64,000 nucleotides of DNA from Lingula anatina (taxonomy: Eukaryota; Animalia; Brachiopoda): the NCBI GenBank assembly GCA_051362555.1, contig CM120641.1:22506001-22570000 (forward strand). The letters run 5' to 3'. Both the position numbers and the translations under genes were made by a program. This document shows positions 25,101 to 37,100 of this stretch, one piece after another. The notes beneath the pieces were generated by a model. It saw nothing but the letters and a program-made list of their open reading frames with translations, was not told the DNA's origin and did not search any database. Every line of letters begins with the position of its first letter. The first letter of the stretch is position 1.

Positions 25101-28100
25101 AGTCCAAATTTTTTTGTATATATGTGTTTGGTACATCATTTTATTTTTAATGATTTTATGTTTTTTTTTCTTTTTGCCATCTTCACCTTTGATGCTTTAA
25201 ATGATATGTTTACAAGCTTTTTATCTTACTATACAATCTTACTACGTGACAATACATAATGAAAAGGGGACAAATAAATTAAGTTTGGTGACAGTTAGAA
25301 TTAATACCATGTAACCTTGGGTTGACCTGAGGATTTTTCAGGGTAGCTACAATAAGATGTAAGAATTAATCTTCTAGGGGGAAACTTGTGACTTTGCAAT
25401 GTTGTTTGACTATTAGCACATTATATCAAGGTGGTCGCAGCTTAAGTAACATTACCTTCTTAATCTTACGGATGATGATGAAATCAGTCTGATCAAGGAC
25501 TGCCTGAATAAGGCTTAATGATATCTAAAGATAGCAAAGCTAAATAAGTATTAGCAAACTTTGATTTGAAGCAATCTAGGGGTATAACTGACACAAAGTG
25601 ATGGTCACATTTAGGGGCATAATGTTTCTTGGTTTATTTAGCAAAGAAATAGTTGGAGTAATGATAAAGGCAAAGACCACCATAAGCTTAGAAAAAAATG
25701 GTTTCAGAATTACTTAACAAACAGGGAAGCAATGTGGAAGCAATTATAATTCACATAGTTTTAGGAGTATTTTGCCCTCTTTAATTCAGTGCTGTATCAA
25801 TGACTTGTGCGTTGGCATCTGGCATGGCATCCATGCCCGTGCCATCATGGGATGATCCCAGCAAGGTGTCCGAAACTCTAGAAATCATGGAGTCCATAGA
25901 AGAGGTGAAAGACATTGAGAATATGCTGGTCCAGGTGAGATTATCCAAACTGTTTTCGCTTTCTCCTCTTACCTGTTTATCTGTTTATTTTGTATAAAAG
26001 TGTGTGAAAGGGTGTGATGGGGAGGGCTATGTGAGGATATGCCTGTGTCATTATGCCTGTGTTGTTTTGTTATTATTTTCTCGCAGCTGGGAGTTTAAGG
26101 TGAGTGTGTGATTGAAAAACATCAATATAAATTACAATGGAAATATGTTATTATGATTATAAGAGAAATTACAGCACGTACACCACACAGAGTAAGATAC
26201 AAAACAGAAAACTAAACATCTTGACATGAAGTCCTTTTTTTATCCTTTCTGTAGTGATTTAACAGAAGACTAGCAGACAGCAGAAATGCTAACATTTTTT
26301 TTTTATGCTGTACCTTAGATAAATAGTATTGAGGTGAATATAATAAAAGAGATATTACACTGTATTTGTTCCTGTAATTGTTTTTCCTGCCATAATTTTT
26401 CCCACCATAAAATTATTCATATTACATGAAAAGGGTTGAGTAGGGGGGTAGGTAAATTTGTAGAAATGTAGTTTCAAAAACTCTTGTATGAAATAGTTTT
26501 TCTGGTACTGAAGGGAATGGTACTATACAAATGTATGTGTATGAATAAAAACTCTTACCTAAATTGTAGCCTTGATCCCTCACTTTGCCAACAGCAACTG
26601 AAAAAAATGTCTTTTATTTTCATTGTTCATCATGTCAACTCATTAAACAAGAACATTATGAAATAATGTTGACATCTTATGAGGTGACAGGACAGTTTGA
26701 TAACTAAATGGACTGCATCAGTTACTGTATCCTTCATATTTTTATATTATAGATATTATGTCCTATGAATTTGTTCTTTTGTTAATTGTCTTAATGTAAT
26801 TCAGGTCATGTTTTACATGTTTTAATAAATTACGTTTCCAGTTGCGCGAGCTGCTGACCAATGCTTTTGATGATCTTCTTGATGAAGATGACAATACATC
26901 TCTCTCCTCAGAACTATCTCATGACTCAGGGGCACACTCAGAGGAGAAAGGGTAAGCAAAAATATAGTTACTTAAAAATATTTCATTCTGCATGTGCCTT
27001 TATTGTCAGCTGTTAGCTTTATTCTGTTCGCAGCTGTATAGAAGTTGGAGAAAAGCTATGTTTTGTTTTTTGCAGGGAAAAGGTACAGGAATGACAAAAT
27101 TATTTTCTCATTTTTGTTAATTTTTTTAGCTGATTGGTTACTTAGTATTTATCTTATGTCTGGTAATCAGAGTGACAGGTGTTTGCAGATAGGACTAAGC
27201 CACTGTAGCTGACCCCCACCAGGACTCTGCTCTATACGTCACACATTATTTGAGAATTACACACAGTTGCATTCAGAAGAATGTACATTATATAACTATA
27301 ATTTTCTGATTTTTGATCCAAATAAAGGAAATTATCCGAGAACTGTGTCACATTGAATGTTGTGGTTTGGGGGTATTTATTTATTCAGTGCATTGTTCTA
27401 AGGTAACACAGGTGTGCCTTGGAATATATTGGTCACCAGCTAGGGGCAGTTATACAATACAGCATCATGGATATTTAAGACAAGCCTTGTTCACTGGGAC
27501 AAGACCTTTCCTCAGGTGTAAACATACAATTTGATACAATAAAACTGGTTTTATAATGTCAATTGAATTATTTCAAATTTAAATGAAGTGATTTCATAAG
27601 TGAGTTAATTATATAATACAGTGGAAGAAGTATGGGGCATAATATTTCTTAGACTTCTGGCTCTATGGGACACCAGGGTCTGACAGTCTACTGGCCTAAA
27701 GCAGGAATAGTGGCCAGTAACTGAACAGATTTACAAAATTTTAATGTCCTGGCATTAATGGAACATTTCATTATAAACTTTTGTCATACTGGCAACTTTT
27801 TATTTTAAGCCTTTAAGTGGCTTTTTTTCTGTAAAGTTATCCATTTTTTCATTTATTAGGGACCCAATCCCTCCTGTGAGATTATCATGAGATCCTGATA
27901 TATGTTTGATCCCATTTCAGCAGAGTTGTTATGTCCATTTCATATACCTATTGTTTTCTTTCTCCTATAGCCGACGCACAAATGGCCACTGGAAGCCTCC
28001 TGTGACTTGGGATGATATAAACCACCATGGTGGTGCCTACCCTACCTCCACCCCCATGACTCACAACCCCCCTCCCCTGACCACGCCCGGCCCTGGGCTG

Positions 28101-31100
28101 ACCCACCAGCTGAAGCAGGTCTATGATATGCTGGCACACAATGGTGGACCACAACAGCCAGGGGATTATGATGACCAGCAGTGGGAACATGTAAACGGGG
28201 GTCAGGTTAATGGTTGGGATGGGCACAATGACCATGGGAACCAAGTAAATAGTGGTCACCCAGATGATTGGGATGGACAAGAAGACCAAGAAGACCATGT
28301 GAATGGTGGTCAACCAGATGATTGGGATGATCAAGATGACCACCAGGACTATGATGGTGGTCATGAGGACTTACAGGAGAGAGGGCAGGGAGAAGGTGGC
28401 AATGAACCCCCAGATAATGGCGGATACCTTCAACATCCAAATGGACTCCACCAGGATGGATATCTCCATCATATCCCTAATGGATATCATCCTGCCTATC
28501 ATGGCACCCACCACCCACACCCACACCCACATCAGCAAGACTATCCCAGGCTATATCACCACACAGAGGGCTACTACATACCAAACTATGGCCCTAACCC
28601 TCAGCCATACAACAGTGACCCATATAGCCCAGAGAGGAGGGCCAGTGGGAGTGGCCCACCCAATGGAATGGTTGGGTCAGGAGAACATCCCAGGAGGGGC
28701 AGCCTGCCAGTCTATGGCCTGGACACGCCTGGACGTACGTCCAGACATGACAAAACTTCCCCTCAGGAACTCATGGATGGGTATAAAGTCCAGTTCATGG
28801 GGAGGAAGGTGCCCGAGACCATGACTGAACATGAGGAAAAACATGACAATATTCAGCAGGCTTTTATGGAACAAGGTATGTCAAACAATTAAATGGGATG
28901 CCTAGATATATGTTATTTTCATTGCTACTTCATTGATAAAATATATTTCTTTTGAATTGTTTTGATTTGAAGAATATTTTTCTGCTAAAAATAGAGAACT
29001 AATGGGGATAGAGTAACTCAAGGTGGAAGAAGCCTGACCATTTATTCTGTACTTCTTGTGACAACAACCAGATTACTGTGAAGTGCTTTGGTAGTAAGGT
29101 TTCCTTATACAGGATCAATCTATCAATCTGCTCATAGGCTTCTTGGTGAGGTTTTCTCTTTGTATTGTGTTAAATATGTGTCATATCCATCTTTTGACTG
29201 GCATTTAATTGGATCAGTAGATTAGCTTTTGAATAACTGCCTTTGATGTCAGTGTTAAAACTCTTTTAAGAGATTGAAGATCTCTTCTGGTTTTGATAAA
29301 AAGTAAAGTACATCAGTGTTAGTTCAAGATCTAACAAGAAACTTTTTTTCTTTCCTTATTTAAATCAATATTGATAACAGTCTGACCTCAAAATACCGGA
29401 AAGAATCACTTATACATTAAAATATACTTTAGGAATATAATTTATAAGCAGCTAACAGTATTTTTTTGCTCCTGAGGATGTGTCGCAATGTAAAAATAAA
29501 ATGGTGACTGAGAAACCTGCTTAATAAATTAAATGCCTGTATTAAAAATTATAAAATTATATTATAGAAACATTGGAGTACAAAGTGTCATTAACAAGGT
29601 TTTTGTGTAAATTGTCAATTTAATGATTATTTTCTATATTGATATTTTCAGATAATTTTTTTTTACTTCCTATATGTAAAAATGCTTGGACAGTTGCTGG
29701 GTTTTATTTGATTTTGCTAAACAGCATTTCATTGGGGGTTATGGGAGAGGTAGAATCTTCCGTCTTTTATTCAAATGGCAATGTTTCTCATTGGAATACA
29801 TTTAAATAACATTCTGACTCTTCTGTCAACTACCTTGATAGCTGAACCCACATTCCATTTTCTCCAAACATGTTATTTTATTCACCCACCAGGTGGCAGC
29901 ACAGAGCACCGTCAGCATGCCCAGCTCCAGATCCTGTACAAGGCACGGGGCCGACAGCTGGACCAGCTCCAGCAGGACTATGCTGTGTTGAAAGAGGACA
30001 CGGCCAGGGAGATGCGGGTTCTGAAACACCAGCTGGCTCTGGCTCAAGGTAACTCTCTGGGTATGAAATCCTGAATTATGACAATGATAAATATAATGTT
30101 GATAGAAATGTGAACTTTAAGTTTGTGCATTTTTCTCAGGGATTGTTTTGTATAAAGTAGAGATTGAAACTTGTTGTTTAAAACAAACCATCTAATATTA
30201 CTAGTTTAACACCATGTGAGAAGGTTCAAGGCGCTTACACACTATTAAACTGAAGACTTAATAATAGTGAGAAAAGTTCTTTGATTAAAAGGTGAAAATT
30301 TCCCTACACATTATTTATGGTTCATAAGGTTGTTCCTACATTTTAATATCCCTTTTTCATATCATGCCCCATGACTTCCTTTTTGAGTCTTTTTATGAAG
30401 TGTAATATTTGTGTGCCCTTCTCCTAGGTGAGAGGGATGGTATGTCTGAGAGTTTACAGCAGGTCAACCAGCTCCTCCAGGATGCCCAGGAAGAGAACAC
30501 AGCACTGAAGGGGAGAATAGCTGCTATGGAGAAGGAACTGGACGCAGTGAAACAGGCCAAAGAAGAGGTGAGTTAGATTTAATAAAATGGTTGTTTGATG
30601 AAGTTTCTGCCAATATAGGTCACCATGTATTAAAGGCTTTGGTTCAGCTTCTGCATAGTCCATTGGGAAAGTAAAAAATCTTAATTTTATGAAAATTCAA
30701 TTATTTGTTCAGCATTTTGAAATGGCTAATTGACATGATTTAAGTATAAAGCCATTATGTTGGGGTACATTGGCTGGATTGATTTAGGAAAAACTTTTTA
30801 AAAAAAGGAATTGAAGAATTTTCTGTGACCTGTTCCAGACAATCCACAAACTACAGATGGCAGAAGCCACCATGGAGAACATGACCCAGCACGTGACTGA
30901 GCTCGGCAACAGTGAGAGCCTGACGCGAGCACGTGAGCAGCACGAGGCTGTTGTGAGCAGCATCCAACAGAAGCACCAGCAGGAAACACTCAACCTGAAG
31001 GCAAGGCTGGATGAACAGCAAGAGGAACTGCAACAGAAGGTAGGCAACAAGCCTTATTGAAAGATGGTGTGAAGATTTTTTACAGCTGACATGTCACATT

Positions 31101-34100
31101 GTGTTGTTGCAGATATTTAGGTAAGTGTGAATAGTGGAATTGAATAATGTTACATATTATAGGTGAATGCATTTTGGGAATGGGTTTGCATCTTTTTGCT
31201 CTTAATTTGATCATTTATTTTTTATTTTTTATTTTTTTTTTTTGGGGGGGGGGGTATCTTGTTCTGAAATCTGAAATTTTTTTCTTCATTCCAGCATGAT
31301 GAAATCTCGTCCCTCCGCCAGCAGCTATCTGTTCACATCAAGGCATCAGAAAATGCCCACATTGAGAGAGCGGACACCATAAACAGGCTAACTCGCAGTC
31401 TGGAGGAGAGCCAGAGACAAGTGCAAGACCTGCTAGCTGCAGGTGGGGTTCAGTGTCCTTTTCAGCAACTTATAACCTATTAAAAAATATATGATTTTGC
31501 CTCACTTGAATGGAAATGCATCTCTCAACTTTAGTATACCAAGGTACTGCTTGATACGAGCCCTGCTTTCGGAGCATGTTATTTAGGGAAAACTGCTTAA
31601 ATCATGGCAGGCAATCATCCTTTGTATAACATTATCTGTTATCAAAATAAATTATCTTTTTCCTTTGATGAAGATTCCATCTTGTAGTTTGAGCCAAATA
31701 AACATTAAGCATGACAATCCTCTACAACGTCTGGTGACATTGACCACAGCATGTCTTGTTACTTCAGGTTCTTCCCAAGAACTGGGTCATCTGAAAGCTC
31801 AGCTACAGCAGATGTCTGCTGCCAAAACCATGACTGATGATATGTACACAGCTTTAAAGGTATGTTATACTAATTGAAATGTTAAAAAAAATTATACAGG
31901 AATTTGGCATTATTTTAATGGCTTAAAATGAAAGAAAAAACGGGGGCAGTTAAACAGGCCAGCAAAGGGTTTCTTTGTGTGTGTGTGTTTTTTTTATACA
32001 TTGACTTCTTATCATATATATATTTATGTGTTATGTATAAATCTTTGACTTCAGAGAGAGATGAGTGAGCTGAAGGAGCAGCTGACCATGTATGAGTCTG
32101 CGGCATCCTGTGGGGTGTTTATTAATGGTGCTGAGAACACACATTCTGAATCATTTGCTCAACTAGGAGTCAAGAAAACACTTGACTGGAAAACACCTAA
32201 ACAAGTCCCCTCCAAGTAAGAATAGATTTGTGGACATTTAAACTTGATTGTATTAAGCTTTTGCTGCTTTCTTCGGGGATTCAAAATAGCAATGTGCAGT
32301 ATCTACATTTGGGAGGTTATTTTGTATTTTTTATTATTATTTCACCATGTATTATTCTGCATGGACCAGAACCTAATTTCTACTTTCACTTTCCTTCTCC
32401 CAGGGTAACAGCAGGTGGTGACACCTACAGTCCGGAGAACACCATTGCCACCCTGAAAGCAGAGCTACAGAAATGTCTGTCCAACAACAAGAACAAGAGA
32501 GAGCAGGTGACCTCCCTGCAGGCTGAACTGGGGACTCTCAGGGCAAACCTTGAGTCTGCTAGGACAGGTCTGAAGAAGGTGGAGAGTGAGAGTGACAAGA
32601 AAGACGTGAGTAACAGGCTGGGCTGAGTTGATCTGTAAAATGCACAGTTGATTAGTGATTTTACTTAGGATGATTAATTGTGGAAACGGTGAACTTTGTG
32701 GAAACTTAAATTAAGCTGTTCAAACTTTATTTGGTTGATCATTTTACAGGTGATATCTTCAAAAAAAGAGATTTTTTGCATGCTACCTTTAGTGACATTC
32801 CTGTAGTATACTGTAATATGACATGTTCAGTAAAGTAACATAAGTTTTCAGTATCTCATAGCTTTAAGTGCATGTAAATTTTATTTTTATTTTTATATTA
32901 TTTTTTTTTTTATTAACTGGTAAATTTCTGAATCACTATATTTATACAAAATTGTATTTTAATTGTTTTAGAATCGCATCCATGAGTTGGAGAGTGAACT
33001 AGCAGAGTTGAAATTGGACCCCAGTGGTATTTCAGGTGTAGAGAAGAGACTGCGAAGAGAGGTGGAGAGATATCAGAGGGAACTGGAGGACAAGGAACAA
33101 GAGTTAGAGGTAAGATAGCCAGAGATAGAGACCACAGACACAGAACATCATATGCTTTACCTTGTTAAAGACAGTCTCAGCGCGTTAAACCCTTAAAATA
33201 GCACGAAAATGAATTTTCCTGGAAATCTCACCAATTTCCCCATAATGACCAAGGTATATCCTATCCAAAACCGTTCAGAAAATGAAGCTACCTAATACCG
33301 TTTTTAAGTTCCATTAAATAATAAAAGACGACTCGTCTTAAATACTCAGCTACCACCTCACAGTACGGCTTCAGAACGCGCAATTTCTCGCTAAGTCTCG
33401 CGGTTTACTATGAATGAAGTACTACGGCTGAGACCCGGATGTTACTATTTGGCGCCAAAACAGCAAACATGGCTCAGACGCGCGTCAAGTTTGAAGAGGA
33501 GAGCGACCAGAGGGGACGAAAGAAAATAGCCACTCCAGTTCGAAAGATACGAAAGAAAATTAGAGACAGACGAAGAAGCACTCAGACTGTGTATGTTGGG
33601 AGGGAGGTGGGGCGGTGGAGGACACTTAAAGCTGAGTTAGGACTCACATACGAGGCAATGGCGAAACTACTCCTCGACACGTGAGTATGTGCTTCACAGG
33701 TCTCAAGTGTGTCTGATTATCATATTATCCTGTTCACAATAAATGACAATATTTGTGCTCACACAAAGTTGGTTACGTGTATAAGAGCGTTTTGGGCTTT
33801 ACGTTTTCTGTTTTTGATCGGTACATGTACCGAAAAGATGGACAGGCGGCACTTACATGTCTGACAAGTTTCGCTGTGTAGTCGTGACGTCTATCTCATT
33901 CTGACTGAAGCCTGCTGTGATTGGTCTTAAGCGTGGGAAATTCGAGGTCGTGACCTTGAGCCGGAAGTACTTCTGGCTGTGCTCCGAAATCATGATAAAT
34001 AGTTTTCGTTTTCTAATTCTTTATTCTAGTTGTCTTAACAGGACTTTTGTGACCCAGACTTATTAATATAATAATAAACAATCTCACAAAACACAAATCT

Positions 34101-37100
34101 GATCAAAGTTTTACATAGAACCTGCTTCTATACATTAATCTAACCCACTGAGACTGTCTTTAAGCATTTTGTTTTCAATTTATTTATCTACTATCTGCTT
34201 ATTTCCAGTGGTGTTTTGTACATTTTTGACTACAACAGTATTCCACATTTACTGAATATTCTTTTATTTTCAAGAATTTATTACTAATAATTTGATTAAC
34301 AGTAGAGATAAGGTTGAGCACAGGTCATTGGTACTGAGGTTGGGACATCCATTATACTTTTGAATACAGTGGTTTTGTTCTGTCTTTCAGGAAACAAAAC
34401 ACAGGCTTGAAGAAGTTGCTTCCAATGAAGAACGTCTGGGAGAGATTAACTCTGAATTAAACCACCAGATGGCGCTGATGGTGCAAGAATTTGATGAAGA
34501 TAAGAAGACAGCTTTAGAGAAGTAAATAATTTTTAATAATTTTATTTCCTCTCTTGGGCTTTTTTTTTGTATAATTTTCTAGACTTCTGCTTTACTAATG
34601 TAAGATATTATTGCTTTAAACATAAAAAATCAGTTAATACTGTATTATATTTTAAGCAATCTTGTTATGATAATGTTAATGCTGTCTTTTTTTAAACACT
34701 GAATAACTTAAAATAATTGTTACTACTCTCTTGCATAAGATGATTAGATCATTCCATGAGTAAAACTCATGTCTTAGCATAGAAAAATAAAGAAAGAAAC
34801 AAAATTGAAACAAAATCACAAACCTTTACAAAAATTGGTGTTTTAAAAATATTTACTGTGGAAGAACAAATAAAACTTGAAAACTAAATGCAAGAAAGAA
34901 TTTCTAAAAAGAAAAAATCTCCCAGCAAGTGGCATTCACCTGTTAAAGAGCCATTGATGCAGTAATAACAGCCTTTCATTGGTCCCAATTGCTACAGTTG
35001 TATTGTTTACATTGCTACTTATTTCAACAAAAGGCGGTTCATTCACCTGCGCTGGGATTTACATTCATGAGGTGTTAATAGTGTATTCACTCCACCTCGG
35101 ACTACTTCATATGCTAATTAGACATTGTTAGTACCCTTTGCCCTTCTATTTACGCTTTTTGCTGATAAGAAACGCGCTACATTGAATACCAGTACTTAGG
35201 TCTTTATTTCTACCAAGTAAGTAAGACTAATGTTGAAATGATATTTGTAGTCTTGAAGTCGTGGCATGGAGTTGTAAAACTCATGGCTGTATATGTGTTC
35301 ATTATTTGAAACTGAACTCGCTGATTTAGTCCTGTTATATTAATAATTGAAGTACTGTTGCATATAGAGGTATGGGCATGTAAAATATTTTCTGGGCAAT
35401 GTGTATGTTGAAGTATAATTTGCTTTTAAAAATGCTAGGGCTCTACTTTTGAAGCAAATGCATTTTGGCAATGTGTATTGTTTTATAAGTCGGAAATGTT
35501 TGCTGTATTTTGCAATTTCTTCTATTTAATCATGTCATCCTTGCATTTCAGGTGTCAAGAAGCCTGCTTGCAGCATCATGAGGTTGCCAAGGCCAAGTTG
35601 CGAGAGGAATTAATGTGTCAGCAGAATGAGGACAGAACCAAACTATTAGAGCAACATGACAGTGAAATCAAACAACTGAAGTAAGTGGCTCTTCTCTTCT
35701 TTCTGTCACTTTTTTTTCTTCATCTCACACTTATGCATGTATGCTTACACAAATTTGCTTTAAAATTATTAAATTAACATTTTCATTAATCACACTTCAA
35801 AATGGAGTTTGCAGCTTACATATGCATCTCTATAAATTATTCTATTGTATTTAAATTATGTATAGATATATCATTAATCACTGAAATCACACCCCAGGGC
35901 TGAGCTTGTACAGTGTCAGAAAGAGTTGGATGAAGTGAAAGAACTTTATGTCAACATTTGTGAAGAGAAGGAAACTTTGGAGGAGAAATTACGTCAGGAC
36001 TGGGAAACTAAACTAGAAGAGGAGATCAGCAAGGTATTTAATCAAACTAATCAAAGTATATATAGTCTTTTAGGAAAAAAACAATATGTAATGACTATTA
36101 TAAATGTATTGATTATATCAAAATGGAGGCTTTTATCAAATCTTAATGCATTGATAAAACATTGTGTTTTGTGCTCTCATCTCTTACATATATTAAACAG
36201 GTCAGATCTGAGTGTGACCAAGAGAAAGATGAGGCACTTGACAATCAGCAGAAAGAATTAACCAGCAAATCCCAGGAGAAACTGAACAAGGAAATGTGGA
36301 GACAGGAGCAAGAAGAAGAGCTGAAGAGGAGGGTGCAGGCACAGGTGGGTACAAGGGATGCAGGGGGGTGCAGTCTCAGATGGGTACAGGGGATGCAGGG
36401 GAGGTGCAGACACAGGTGGGTACAAGGGATGCAGGGGGGTGCAGTCTCAGATGGGTACAGGGGATGCAGGGGAGGTGCAGACACAGGTGGGTACAAGGGA
36501 TGCAGGGGGGTGCAGTCTCAGATGGGTACAGGGGATGCAGGGGAGGTGCAGACACAGGTAGGTACATGGGATATGATGTTAATGTCTAAATGTGTTACAG
36601 TCTTATGGTTCTAATTTAATTTTCTAAATTCCTTCAAATGGATGAAAATGAGATGTAATGGTTTAATTATGTGCAAACAAATAGCATATATTTTACATGT
36701 TCCAGGTTGCTATGGCCAAAGTGGCCTGGTTTGATGAACAGCGGGAGTCCAAGGAGGCTGCTGTAGCATCTGCCGTGAAACAGGTAGAGAAGCAATGGCA
36801 GCTGAAGTTTGAGGAGAAAATTGAGAATGAAGTGGAGAGGAAGATGTATGCTGGTAAGAGGAGGATTATTAACAGTTTACCCTTTTTTAATATTTATTTT
36901 ATTACAATTTTTAAAATCTAATATACCAAAATGATACACAAAAAAATTAATTTGAACACAAACATGCATACACATACAAACACAAGAACACACATAGAAA
37001 TTGTTTGAGAAATATGTCCAGCTTAATATTATGGATTGATATAAAGGCCAACAGCAAATGCTTAATTGTAATACTGAAAACTTTTTTCAAAAGTACCTGA

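Noticed and set aside
25790-25934. Exon as an internal cassette between 19214 and 26842
   Set aside because: It is 145 nt, shifts frame and hits TGA at 25853; viable only as an alternative first coding exon or a poison exon.
27948-28874. Antisense and alternate-frame ORFs over the large CEP152 exon (similar ones over RALBP1 9003-10170)
   Set aside because: Shadow ORFs caused by the codon bias of low-complexity coding sequence.
36245-36589. Several overlapping repetitive ORFs on both strands
   Set aside because: By-products of the stop-free 71-bp minisatellite, not independent genes.
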